Positions 50,001 through 58,501 of a DNA stretch of 63,879 nt are shown here, piece by piece (the first letter of the stretch is position 1; every line of letters begins with the position of its first letter). This DNA is from a virus (taxonomy: Duplodnaviria; Caudoviricetes), in the IMG/VR virus record IMGVR_UViG_3300044971_001666, positions 1 through 63,879 of that record; one strand, written 5' to 3'. Made by a program: the position numbers and the translations under genes. Below the pieces are notes generated by a model, which saw nothing but the letters and a program-made list of their open reading frames with translations, was not told where the DNA came from and did not search any database.

Positions 50001-51041
50001 CAGCCAATTAGCCCAAATGTAGCAATACAAGGACAAGATGTTTCTGATATTATATTAGGAACGGGAACTGTTATGGGAACAAAAGAGATGTCTATTTCTC
50101 GTAATGGGGCGAAGTACAAAACATCAAGCACTTGGTATTTATCAAAAAGCGGTACTGAATATATAGCTTTTTACGATAGTGATAACAAAAAGATAATTCG
50201 TTACGGAGTAGATGGAATAAAACAGATTTCAGAAACAAACTTTGTAGCAAACTTTTTACTAAATAATACAAGATATTTAGATGGCGAATATTCAATGTAT
50301 GTAGGCTACAACCCTTATACAGACGAAGTATTATTTATTGCAAAAGCTGACTTAGGTTCAGTTTATAATGGTGCAAGTAATTATACTGCGGGTCAAATAG
50401 CATGGCAAAAAGCTAGAGATAATACGAGTAACTTTGATTACGATGATAGTAAATATTATTTCCAAGCACTAATTAACAATACCAATGTTGCCCTAAATTA
50501 CACTGGTTCAACTTTCAATACTTGGAAAGAATACAGAAACTCAAATTTTATGTTAGCATTTAACGAGAAGTGGAATATGTTCTCAACTTTCTATACTTTT
50601 AAGCCTAGAATAACCGCCCCTTATTTAAATAAAATGATTGGATTTTTCCCTTTCACACAAGGAGGGGTAGCAGGAACTAGATTATTAGAATACGATAATG
50701 GAAATGATGCAACCTATATTCAAGGTGTTACAAAATATCCTATGGTAGAAATTTCAATAGCAAAAGAACCAAACATATTTAAAAGATTTTTAAAGAGTTG
50801 GATAAATATTGAAGACGGAGTGCCAAATAGAGTTATTACAACAACCGACAATGGAACTGCTGCAAACATTACAAGTTTCACTGAAAGACGAGATAGAGTT
50901 TTGTTTAATATTTTAAAAGATTTTTACGGAACGGGAAAAAGAGTGGGCGGTAATAAAATCAAACTAAAATTATATTTTTTATTTAATCAAAAAATACATA
51001 ATTTTGTAAGCACAATAATTTTAAAATTTAGGAAGCCATGA
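47013..51041 (+). CDS. tail stabilization/nozzle protein
   Basis: N-terminal NTFKGGMNKD...YLDANDI; LYWVDG...PR; AFNEKWNMFSTFYTF near C-terminus; beta-propeller-like. Confidence 0.8.
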   Translation: MAQDNDIVQNINTFKGGMNKDLAQENIPNEQYLDANDIKVTSDEENNIVRIGGANSMLTFSLPNSKTNNTNQIFSARLDVSAINIDHTFTAYGLIYGAFSSMGATQELRAIDLQAQIESATTFTVDIVSISDGMANCLMYVAGEFQTLVLTLKIGSGATKTMVVLQENYNYIGASYADVVCAKAIGDDLFMLVDINGTGMIAVAKKDEANNTWTTTRLLQTTKLNFDKNNVTFLKLEQNNSYINLYWVDGSDKPRCFSILKQDTWVTDSALRYSITDFVTGNLEALYQYGTVEQQTSLQVFNNQTRVTDVVVNDTAGFFTVGNKQLGIRYKIGGSYTETSLLTNPFPIFLREQTDFEGGGGTPNTDTTKSLTITIDKAKDNLYQYFQVVVIDQIGLSKSAFVLGDFPILGETFSMTVLGNENKQFLDINELLVVSPIIQTAHLNEIMENKYFLGRVETASSYYPDIAEWVENTVFASGNISIVATEIDAVGGIDVTDDIIPDREYYNVSNCLNTVGYMYNELYRFGLKVYFKSGVVQTYFGADIKIEADITSKLGNLTNAAGTKVYVYSPRINSINFGTAPSIDGISFSDAVETVEVVRQECINDIIDTGYSLVSFDKFGAGSPTIIYHVLGNPFINTFNLNSGGTNGSGKSQNGIDYNKAIFVSWGQIISNVKINKDMFIRNFGQPTKYNLYSVSSPWTTDQQKQEFTGFFKTVPAPEIRTMNNGNYVANQGQYKIDNTNYITNQSDVSSNVTVPYLDYNNNVLGFVFTTEAGQEINYINTNLDYLDGLFVYSNYVYCGMYCQFYRGLDNTRYGSKYNGQYFSTGTFIDVSSASVTNKVFWGGDVYTQKNFHKMNFGNVTQNKDRGVGYYTQNRINTQLCYTNSATQKTYPLNTKVLNEWLIQDGEADLRLYDGSFTNLNTLRTSQAFNPNIPEVTDYFSTVFWSEQKLEGDLSDPYRVFKFSNQKAFEMSDGILTGIYRIREVLAIIQERGFKVQPISPNVAIQGQDVSDIILGTGTVMGTKEMSISRNGAKYKTSSTWYLSKSGTEYIAFYDSDNKKIIRYGVDGIKQISETNFVANFLLNNTRYLDGEYSMYVGYNPYTDEVLFIAKADLGSVYNGASNYTAGQIAWQKARDNTSNFDYDDSKYYFQALINNTNVALNYTGSTFNTWKEYRNSNFMLAFNEKWNMFSTFYTFKPRITAPYLNKMIGFFPFTQGGVAGTRLLEYDNGNDATYIQGVTKYPMVEISIAKEPNIFKRFLKSWINIEDGVPNRVITTTDNGTAANITSFTERRDRVLFNILKDFYGTGKRVGGNKIKLKLYFLFNQKIHNFVSTIILKFRKP

Positions 51042-51361
51042 AAATAGATGACCCAAATCAAGTAAACTACTTTATAAACCAACAAAATAGTATAAACATG
51101 GGTGGCGAAATAAACCCTATAATCAGCAATGTTGCACCAACTTCGGCAACAGTACCAAAAGGTTCTTATATCTATGCGATTAAAGCTGACGGTGCTGCAA
51201 ACTTAGTTTTAAGTGGGATTTCTGACCCTAATGCTGACGCATATACGCTTACGGGCGGGAATGTTACAATTCTAGCGGGTGATGTTTTTTATATTCCTTG
51301 CAGCACATTTGTAATAGTTAGCGGAAAATACATAGCTTACTTACGCTCAAAAAGTTTATAA
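51038..51361 (+). CDS. small structural protein
   Basis: beta-rich, ends SGKYIAY. Confidence 0.55.
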   Translation: MKIDDPNQVNYFINQQNSINMGGEINPIISNVAPTSATVPKGSYIYAIKADGAANLVLSGISDPNADAYTLTGGNVTILAGDVFYIPCSTFVIVSGKYIAYLRSKSL

Positions 51362-51363
51362 TT

Positions 51364-52197
51364 ATGCTAGGGCTAGGATTAGGACTTAATAGAGGTGGAT
51401 ATAAAAAAGCGATTGACCCAGCAGCAGCAGCATTTATAGCAGCAGCGGGAATAACAGACCCTACGCAACAAGCAGCGGTTATTTATTTAACCGATAGTTT
51501 GAAAGGTAATAATAAAGCCCAAAACGCAAGTGGTATTGACTTCTTTAGCGGGTGCTATGCTATTTATCCATTGGTAGGTAGTGCAGCGACACCGCATAGA
51601 TATAATTTGCGAGATGTAGCAACGTTTCTAATTGCTTATGGTGGTACTGTTACACATAATGCAAATGGTATAACTGGAAATGGTGTGAATGGCTTTGGTG
51701 ATACTGGTTTCAGTCCTTTAAATAATGGCTTGCCTTTAGATGATGCAGGAATAGCAGTTTATACACGAACAAGCGCAAATTTAGGAGCTGAATTGGGCGC
51801 AAGTGATGCAGGTATAACTAATGCTTTATTACTACAAACAAGGGCAGGAGGTTTTGCAAATACCAATGTGAACAGTACATCATTTGCAGCTGTTGCCGAA
51901 GCTAGTGGTACTGGTTTTTTTACAGCTGTTAGAAGAAATGCAACAAGTATGCAAATTTATAAGAATGGTGCAAGTATTTTATTAAAAACTAGCAGTGCAG
52001 GAAGTTCGGGAAGAACAGCCAACAACTTGTATCTAATGTGCAATAATGTGAATAGTGTTCCAATTTCTTATAGTGGAAAAAACATTGCTTTTGCTTTGAT
52101 TTTTACAGCAACAAATGCTACATTTACAAATGCAAACATGGCTACACTTTACAATATAATTCAGCAGTATCAAACTTTATTAAGTCGCCAAGTATGA
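51364..52197 (+). CDS. tail fiber/lectin-like (LamG-type) protein
   Basis: MLGLGLGL start, AAAFIAAAGITD, YAIYP, YKNG, YQTLLSRQV. Confidence 0.65.
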   Translation: MLGLGLGLNRGGYKKAIDPAAAAFIAAAGITDPTQQAAVIYLTDSLKGNNKAQNASGIDFFSGCYAIYPLVGSAATPHRYNLRDVATFLIAYGGTVTHNANGITGNGVNGFGDTGFSPLNNGLPLDDAGIAVYTRTSANLGAELGASDAGITNALLLQTRAGGFANTNVNSTSFAAVAEASGTGFFTAVRRNATSMQIYKNGASILLKTSSAGSSGRTANNLYLMCNNVNSVPISYSGKNIAFALIFTATNATFTNANMATLYNIIQQYQTLLSRQV

Positions 52198-52382
52198 TAG
52201 GTTATAAACTAACAAAAACAAAAGCATTAACACTAATTGGACAAACATTTGATGGTGTAAGTATGTTTAATCCCATTGAAATAAATGGGCAATGGCTAAT
52301 CTTTGAGGGTGAAGTAAACGAATGCACCAATGAAGATTTTATATGGGTTAAAAATTTAACAACAATAGAAATAAATATATAA
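52194..52382 (+). CDS. hypothetical protein (fiber-associated)
   Basis: coupled to previous gene. Confidence 0.55.
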   Translation: MIGYKLTKTKALTLIGQTFDGVSMFNPIEINGQWLIFEGEVNECTNEDFIWVKNLTTIEINI

Positions 52383-52547
52383 ATGAATAAAAACATTTCT
52401 CTTTTTATAGAAAATTTTTTAGTCTGGGGTGGTGTAATTACTGCTTATGCTATGGCTATTTTACCATTAGTTCAGGTAATAGCTGGGTTAGCTGCATTTG
52501 CCTTTTCACTTTTATCGATTATCAAATTTATAAAAGAGTGGAAATGA
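52383..52547 (+). CDS. small two-TM membrane protein, holin/antiholin candidate (not in ORF track)
   Basis: manual translation MNKNISLFIENFLVWGGVITAYAMAILPLVQVIAGLAAFAFSLLSIIKFIKEWK. Confidence 0.65.
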   Translation: MNKNISLFIENFLVWGGVITAYAMAILPLVQVIAGLAAFAFSLLSIIKFIKEWK

Positions 52548-53131
52548 TGCTAATAATTAAAAAAGGGCAGCACGTTTGCTTTAATGATGAAGTATGGTTT
52601 ACGTTTGGTAAAAATATTAAAGCCTCTTATATCTTTACAGAAGAAACAATCTATGATTTAAAAAACAACGACCAATATGATTGGTGTAAATTGTTTGGCT
52701 TTACAGATTGCTTGTTACCAAGATTTAGAGTATTAAATACAGAAGATGTTAGGGTTAATACTTGTGATTTTAAAATTAAAATATTAAATAGAGTAGTGGC
52801 TTTCTTTAGACCTGTTCATTGGCAATCAGCTAGATTTGTTTGGAGGTACAATACAGAAAAGCAAGTGTTTGAAAGTACAAGCTATTGTTATGTAAAAGGA
52901 GTTAGGACTTATGATAATAATATTTTTGAAATAAGTCTAAATAATAGAATAGACTTTTGGATTTATAAACAAGCTAAAGATTATCAGTTTATTGTTGAGA
53001 AAGAAAGTAAAATGATATTTGATAAGGTAGAAGAAGCAAAACAAAAAACAAAGCCTTATGGTTATTACTTAGGTTTCTTTTTTGGAGGGAATCAATTAGT
53101 ACCGAATGATATTAAAATAGAAAAGTTATAA
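52538..53131 (+). CDS. hypothetical protein
   Basis: aromatic-rich beta protein (DWCKLFG, SARFVWR, FFGGNQ). Confidence 0.65.
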   Translation: MEMMLIIKKGQHVCFNDEVWFTFGKNIKASYIFTEETIYDLKNNDQYDWCKLFGFTDCLLPRFRVLNTEDVRVNTCDFKIKILNRVVAFFRPVHWQSARFVWRYNTEKQVFESTSYCYVKGVRTYDNNIFEISLNNRIDFWIYKQAKDYQFIVEKESKMIFDKVEEAKQKTKPYGYYLGFFFGGNQLVPNDIKIEKL

Positions 53132-53133
53132 GC

Positions 53134-53373
53134 ATGAAGAATTTATCCATAAAAAACTACGAAAAGCCAACACCAAAATTTTGGAAGTACATAGCCGATT
53201 TTGGATTATTAATGATACCAACAGTTCAATTGGTTTTAGGCGGTGCGCCCGAAGGCACATTTACATCAACTCAATCTTGGGCGATAAGTAGTATTGTTTC
53301 TGTTGCTGCGGTAGCATTTAAATTTTTAACTAAGTTAATGGGAGGGAAAGAAGATGAAAATAACGAAATCTAG
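53134..53373 (+). CDS. holin candidate
   Basis: PTPKFWK followed by two hydrophobic segments; overlaps lysozyme start. Confidence 0.7.
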   Translation: MKNLSIKNYEKPTPKFWKYIADFGLLMIPTVQLVLGGAPEGTFTSTQSWAISSIVSVAAVAFKFLTKLMGGKEDENNEI

Positions 53374-53815
53374 CAATAATTTAATTGAACTTATAAAAGA
53401 GTTTGAAGGATTTAGTGCAGTACCTTATATTTGTCCTGCGGGGGTATGTACGATTGCTTATGGAAGTACAAGATATAGTGATGGTCGCAAAGTATCAATG
53501 ACTGATAATAGGATAACAGTTGAAGCGGGAGTACAGTTATTGAAACAAACTTTAACTCAATACGAATTAGCGGTAGATGCTTATTGTAGAGATGATATTA
53601 ACCAAAATCAATTTGACGCACTTGTTGACTTCGCATATAACTGCGGTAATGGCAATTTAAAGTCTAGCACACTTTTAAAGAAAGTAAATGCTAATCCAAA
53701 CGACCCTACTATTGCAGCCGAATTTGCGAGGTGGAATAAAGGTGGGAATAAAGTATTAGCGGGCTTGACAAGACGTAGGGCTGCGGAGTATAAACTTTAT
53801 AGTAAACCATGCTAA
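53354..53815 (+). CDS. endolysin, GH24 phage lysozyme
   Basis: IKEFEG...Y.CPAGVCTIAYG; NQFDALVDFAYNCG; GLTRRRAAE. Confidence 0.95.
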   Translation: MKITKSSNNLIELIKEFEGFSAVPYICPAGVCTIAYGSTRYSDGRKVSMTDNRITVEAGVQLLKQTLTQYELAVDAYCRDDINQNQFDALVDFAYNCGNGNLKSSTLLKKVNANPNDPTIAAEFARWNKGGNKVLAGLTRRRAAEYKLYSKPC

Positions 53816-53984
53816 AAGACATTCTAGCAATATTGATTTCGATTGGATATTGTTTATTATTTAATTAAAAAGAACATGATTGATTATTCTAAATTTACGA
53901 AACAAGACCTAGTTTCAATAGCTGAATTTAATAAAATAATTAAAAATTACATAAAAATAGTTAAACTTTTAGGAGAAAAATAGT

Positions 53985-54293
53985 ATGACATATAAAGATT
54001 TCTGGATAACAATAGCAATAGTATCGGTACTCTCCTTTATTATTGGAATACAGCTTTGTAGGTACAATCACAAAGAACAGATACCAATAATTTACGACTT
54101 AGAATACTTAACTGATAGTATTTTGGCAGCAAACAAACATTCAGATTCGATAATAGTAAAAATAGAAAAAGAAATAAAATATGAAAAAGGAAAACTTATT
54201 GAAAGGTTTGTTTTTATTGATAGCTTGTCTTTCGATTCAGCTTATAGCTTATGGCAACAATCCGCCCGATTCTATAAACCATACGCTAATTAA
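53985..54293 (+). CDS. spanin-like membrane protein
   Basis: N-terminal TM helix, downstream of lysozyme. Confidence 0.5.
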   Translation: MTYKDFWITIAIVSVLSFIIGIQLCRYNHKEQIPIIYDLEYLTDSILAANKHSDSIIVKIEKEIKYEKGKLIERFVFIDSLSFDSAYSLWQQSARFYKPYAN

Positions 54294-54552
54294 CAACTCA
54301 ATCAAATGCTTTGAAGAAGTTAAGGTACTAGGCAGTAGAATAAATAAAACCGACAGCATAAACCTAGAGTTAAAGAAGAAAATAGGCAACCTTGAATTTT
54401 TATCCGACACATTACTTACCTCAAATAAAAGTCTGATAAAAATAAATAACGATAATAAATCAGTAATAGAAACCAAAAACAAATGGATAAAAAGTTTGGC
54501 TTATGCTGTAACTTTTGAAACTATACTTTTAGTGATATTGCTCATAAAATAA
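54181..54552 (+). CDS. spanin-like protein (signal peptide, coiled coil, C-terminal TM)
   Basis: overlaps previous gene in another frame; hydrophobic at both ends. Confidence 0.5.
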   Translation: MKKENLLKGLFLLIACLSIQLIAYGNNPPDSINHTLINNSIKCFEEVKVLGSRINKTDSINLELKKKIGNLEFLSDTLLTSNKSLIKINNDNKSVIETKNKWIKSLAYAVTFETILLVILLIK

Positions 54553-54620
54553 TTAGGCTAACGGTTTTTATAAGTAATTGCAAGTGCTTATAATTAATGT
54601 CTATCATGGCAGCACTAATT

Positions 54621-54654
54621 AAAACACCCCTAACGTGATTGTCGGGGGTTTTTT
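54621..54654. terminator. intrinsic terminator between convergent arms
   Basis: ACCCCTAAC...GTCGGGGT followed by T-run. Confidence 0.65.
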
Positions 54655-54818
54655 ATTTTGGTCTATTAATTATAAAATATAAATAACTATCGTATCGTAT
54701 CTCGCATCTCCATTGAAAGTATTTCGGAAACAATAAGTAAAAAAATGACATAAATAAATTACATCTTCCCGCTTCATAAGTCATGGCTTGCTCTTTTGTT
54801 ATCATTGGTGTTTTCATT

Positions 54819-55214
54819 TTAAAAGTTGTTTAGTTTTTCGTTTATTTCTATTTGTTTTTCTAATTCTTGTATTTTTTCAGCAAATTTTATTTGGTCTTTT
54901 TGCAGCGTTAAACACTTTTGGTTTAAAACTAAATTCTCGTAATTAAACTTAGCGAAAACTTTTGCATTAAACTGTTGCATTTTGTAAAGTATTTCTAAAT
55001 GCTTTACAGCGTTTTCTTTTTGCTTGCCTTGTGATTGTATAGCTTTAACCTCAAACGCTTCTATAAACTCATTAAACTCCCAAAATTCAAGGTATAATTC
55101 TTCATTCTTCTTATTTGAACCAAACAATGCAAAGTAAATGTTTATTTTTTCAAGCATTTCTTTATACTCGGCTGTTCGGATTTTTTCGATTTCTTTGTAT
55201 TCGTTGTATGTCAT
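54819..55214 (-). CDS. hypothetical protein
   Basis: ORF after helicase. Confidence 0.65.
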   Translation of the reverse strand: MTYNEYKEIEKIRTAEYKEMLEKINIYFALFGSNKKNEELYLEFWEFNEFIEAFEVKAIQSQGKQKENAVKHLEILYKMQQFNAKVFAKFNYENLVLNQKCLTLQKDQIKFAEKIQELEKQIEINEKLNNF

Positions 55215-55216
55215 GG

Positions 55217-56230
55217 TTAAAAGGGAGGATTTAGCGGTGGTTCGTCTTGAAACGGGTTATCTAGGTTTATTGTTGATTGTATTGGCTGTTCTTTTATTTG
55301 TTCTATAAAATTACTTTCACTAACATTTGCTTTTTGGGCTTCTCCCGCATAGTACATTTGCCCTCTTATTGTTTCGTAAGCTCGACTTCTTCTCCAATTA
55401 AATCCAAATTTACCAATAATTGATTTTGCAACTCCAATTGTATCAGGTTTAACTTTGCTGAAATACACGTCAAAGTCTTCGTATTCTTTATTTGGTCTAT
55501 CAACTGTAATAATGGTTTTGCCGTTAGCTAACCAGCCACCTCCCTTAATATCATCAGCATCAGGCAATCTGCGTTTACTTTTATCACTATCAGTTTGCTT
55601 TTCTCTTTCCGTTTTTATTGAATGTGCAATAGTCATAAAATGTTTACAAGCTGATTCTGCTAATTCATTACGAAAACTTAAAATGTAATCATTGTATTGG
55701 TCTTCTCTACCAAATTCTTTTATTGGGTGAAATAAATTTTTCCAACTATCAATAAAACAGCTTTGAATACTTCCATTTTCATCTCTATATTCTGCTGCAA
55801 ATTCCCAAATCATTTGTGGTGTCATTGGTTTTTTATAGTCTTTTTTCTCAATAACTAAAAAATGGTGGTCAATCCAACTAGCTGCTGCAATTATTTCGTG
55901 TTCTTGAATTGAATTATTATAACCTCTAAAACTTCTTCTATAATATTTTATCAGTAGTTTCCTTCTAATTTCTTTGTAGCTTCCAATATCAGGAACATAA
56001 AGCAAGTGTCTAAATCCAAATTGTTCAGATTGATAAAAAAGTATCTCTAAAGCGAACTCAGTTTTGCCCGAACCTCCGTGTCCTGTAATGTCTGTTACGC
56101 CATCATAAGCAAATTGAAATGTGCCAACTAAACTTTCAAAACCCGAATAGTTTAAACCCGCACCACCCGTTTTGTGGTATTCAATAAAAGAATCACGCCT
56201 TTCATTGTAATTTACAATTTTTACGTTCAT
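55217..56230 (-). CDS. SF4 (DnaB/Twinkle-like) replicative helicase
   Basis: TGHGGSGKTEF, CFIDSW, TIAH, DIKGG, KVKP motifs. Confidence 0.85.
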   Translation of the reverse strand: MNVKIVNYNERRDSFIEYHKTGGAGLNYSGFESLVGTFQFAYDGVTDITGHGGSGKTEFALEILFYQSEQFGFRHLLYVPDIGSYKEIRRKLLIKYYRRSFRGYNNSIQEHEIIAAASWIDHHFLVIEKKDYKKPMTPQMIWEFAAEYRDENGSIQSCFIDSWKNLFHPIKEFGREDQYNDYILSFRNELAESACKHFMTIAHSIKTEREKQTDSDKSKRRLPDADDIKGGGWLANGKTIITVDRPNKEYEDFDVYFSKVKPDTIGVAKSIIGKFGFNWRRSRAYETIRGQMYYAGEAQKANVSESNFIEQIKEQPIQSTINLDNPFQDEPPLNPPF

Positions 56231-56892
56231 GGGTGTCTATCGTTCCATGCCTTTTCACGTTCTTTTATTTCACGTTCTCTTCTTTCTTCTGATGTTTCGG
56301 TCGCTCTTTCTATTGTAATTAAATTTACAGATAATATTTCATTTTCCCAACTTCTATTATTTAGATAAGTTTTAGGGTTTTTTCTAAATTGAACATCAGG
56401 TGTTGACAATACATATTTTGGTACATGAATAAATATTTGCTCAATATCTTTTTTAGATAGTTTTTTAAATTTAGCCAAACATTCTTTCTTGTCAGCTTTT
56501 TTATTATACAATTCCCAAAACTTTTCAAAGTCAGAATCAATCAATATATTACTTATTACTTTACTATTTATATTAGGTTGGAGGGTTGCTTCGAGGGTAT
56601 CTTTAACCCCCCTAGTAGGGGTGCTTGGAGGGTTTGTTTTATAACTACCATGTAAATCAGCACTTTTAGTACCACCTTCTTTACCTTTATATCTAGCTTG
56701 TATAACAAAGTCCATTGTCTTGCGATAGGCTTCAAAATACTTTTTTACAATTTTTGTTTTAATTGTGAGAGTTTTTTTTGAATAATAGCGAGAAACATTA
56801 GCCAAAAATTCGTCTAAATGCTTTTCATTTTCAAAAAATTCTTCTGCAATTGTAATGTCTTGTTCGGTTATTTTGGAGTAATTCTCAATCAT
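56227..56892 (-). CDS. phage replication initiator
   Basis: FEKFWELYNKK..K..C..KFKKL...KNPKTYLN.RSWENE; adjacent to helicase. Confidence 0.8.
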   Translation of the reverse strand: MIENYSKITEQDITIAEEFFENEKHLDEFLANVSRYYSKKTLTIKTKIVKKYFEAYRKTMDFVIQARYKGKEGGTKSADLHGSYKTNPPSTPTRGVKDTLEATLQPNINSKVISNILIDSDFEKFWELYNKKADKKECLAKFKKLSKKDIEQIFIHVPKYVLSTPDVQFRKNPKTYLNNRSWENEILSVNLITIERATETSEERREREIKEREKAWNDRHP

Positions 56893-56894
56893 AA

Positions 56895-57101
56895 CTAATC
56901 CTCCAAAAAAGATATTTGTTTGCGAATTTCTTTTGCTAATTTAATAGCTTCGTATCTGTTTAAGTTAATTTGATGTGAAGTAGAACGAACCTCTTTTGTT
57001 TTAATCACAAGTTCTTTCTGCCATGTAGAAACTATCAAAGTAGTATCTGTGTGGTCGCATTTAAATTTTATTTCTATTGCCATAAGTTTATAATTAGTCA
57101 A
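56895..57101 (-). CDS. hypothetical protein
   Basis: ORF upstream of initiator. Confidence 0.6.
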   Translation of the reverse strand: MTNYKLMAIEIKFKCDHTDTTLIVSTWQKELVIKTKEVRSTSHQINLNRYEAIKLAKEIRKQISFLED

Positions 57102-57124
57102 GCACCAATTACGCTATAAAAAAC

Positions 57125-57243
57125 AAAAAAACCCCCAATCGGTCAGAGTAACGAAAGGGGGTTCGATTAGTTGTGATACTAATTTTTTGTAATATCTGTT
57201 ATCGCTCTGACCCAAAAACAGATATTTGTATGCAGCAAAGATA
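57125..57243 (-). promoter_or_regulatory. promoter plus structured leader/attenuator upstream of replication genes
   Basis: TATCTTTG (-) 57236-43; hairpin 57191-57226; U-tailed hairpin 57125-57163; complementary loops GGTCAGAG/CTCTGACC. Confidence 0.6.
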
Positions 57244-57267
57244 CTAAAATTTACCTAACTGCCAAAT

Positions 57268-57657
57268 TTATTTTAAATTTCTCAACCTATTGAATCTTTC
57301 GTTTACTTTTAACCATTCCTTATAACGAGGGTCTTTAAATTTTATATCTTCTAAGTTATCAATTTGAACGCAACCAGATATGACGGTAGTGTGATTAAAC
57401 TGCTGCTTAAATAATAAACCAATTTGATATAGAGATAAGTGCGTATATCTTCTGCATAATTTCCAAAAACAGTACCTAGCAAATGTTAAATTTCTCTTCC
57501 TAGATTTCCAATCATAATCTTCAAATTCTAATCCTAGTTCTATTGCTATTGAATCTTTTATTATTTCAATTATTTGCGGTGATGTATGGTCTTTTTTAGG
57601 CATACGGGGTATATGTACGTTTCTAAAAATATTAAATGTTGGTGTAAGTGCTTTCAT
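57268..57657 (-). CDS. DnaA C-terminal-like HTH protein
   Basis: KSRKRNLTFAR...L.R..THLSLYQIG..F....NHTTVI. Confidence 0.85.
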   Translation of the reverse strand: MKALTPTFNIFRNVHIPRMPKKDHTSPQIIEIIKDSIAIELGLEFEDYDWKSRKRNLTFARYCFWKLCRRYTHLSLYQIGLLFKQQFNHTTVISGCVQIDNLEDIKFKDPRYKEWLKVNERFNRLRNLK

Positions 57658-58016
57658 GCTAGTTTTTCTTTATAATGGTTAATAATTTTTTCGGTGGTAC
57701 TTTCGTAAAACGCTTTGAAATCAGAATTGCTTCCACCGTTTTGTTGGTGTAGTAAAAACAATACACTTCTTAGTCTTTGTGATTGCGATTTGTTGTTAAT
57801 TTCTTTATCAATAGCATCTAACTGAACTAAGTCGTTTTCTTCGATTACATTCTTTTCAGTAAAATATAATGCACCAATCTTACCATGTAGCTGACTTATT
57901 GCAATCATTTCGTTTTGGCGAATTTCGGCTGTTGAGAATGTAATTGTAAAAGATTTGTCTTTTCTAGGTCTGTAACTTTCAAGGCAGACTGGCAGCATTA
58001 TTTTTACTTCTTCCAT
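57654..58016 (-). CDS. hypothetical protein
   Basis: RKDKS..ITFST.E...KSQSQRLRSVLF conserved-looking phage ORF. Confidence 0.7.
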   Translation of the reverse strand: MEEVKIMLPVCLESYRPRKDKSFTITFSTAEIRQNEMIAISQLHGKIGALYFTEKNVIEENDLVQLDAIDKEINNKSQSQRLRSVLFLLHQQNGGSNSDFKAFYESTTEKIINHYKEKLA

Positions 58017-58028
58017 GATAATAATTAT

Positions 58029-58499
58029 CTATTTGAATGTTACCTTTACTGTGGTTGTACTAGTTTTGCTAGGGGGAAAAATTTCAACTATTTCTCCACT
58101 ATCTTCATCTACAACTGTCATAGGTGCTTTTAGTGCTTTTAAGAATGTTTCTCGGTCTTTTACTTTCTCTTTGGCATAATCTAAGGAAACACATAAATCA
58201 TTATAAACACTATCGTTACACTTGCTGTAATCGTATTTAGTTCCCGCTTCTGTTATAGAAAATTCAGTCCCTTTAATTATAGCGTTTTTTTCGTATTGTG
58301 AAATTTCGTCAATAGTGGTTGAAATAAGAGTTGGCTTTATTTGTTCAAATATCTTTTCCATAGCTTTTTGGAAACGTAAAAGTTCGCTACCTACTATTTG
58401 TCCGTTATTCAAACCATCTTCAAGTTGTTTTGCAAAAATAGCTATTTGGTCTTTTGTTTCGGGTAGTAATCTCACCGTACTCATTGCTGTTTCTATCAT
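58029..58499 (-). CDS. hypothetical protein in recombination module
   Basis: EAGTKYDYS.C.D...KDRETFLK...GEI...PP. Confidence 0.7.
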   Translation of the reverse strand: MIETAMSTVRLLPETKDQIAIFAKQLEDGLNNGQIVGSELLRFQKAMEKIFEQIKPTLISTTIDEISQYEKNAIIKGTEFSITEAGTKYDYSKCNDSVYNDLCVSLDYAKEKVKDRETFLKALKAPMTVVDEDSGEIVEIFPPSKTSTTTVKVTFK

Positions 58500-58501
58500 A
58501 A

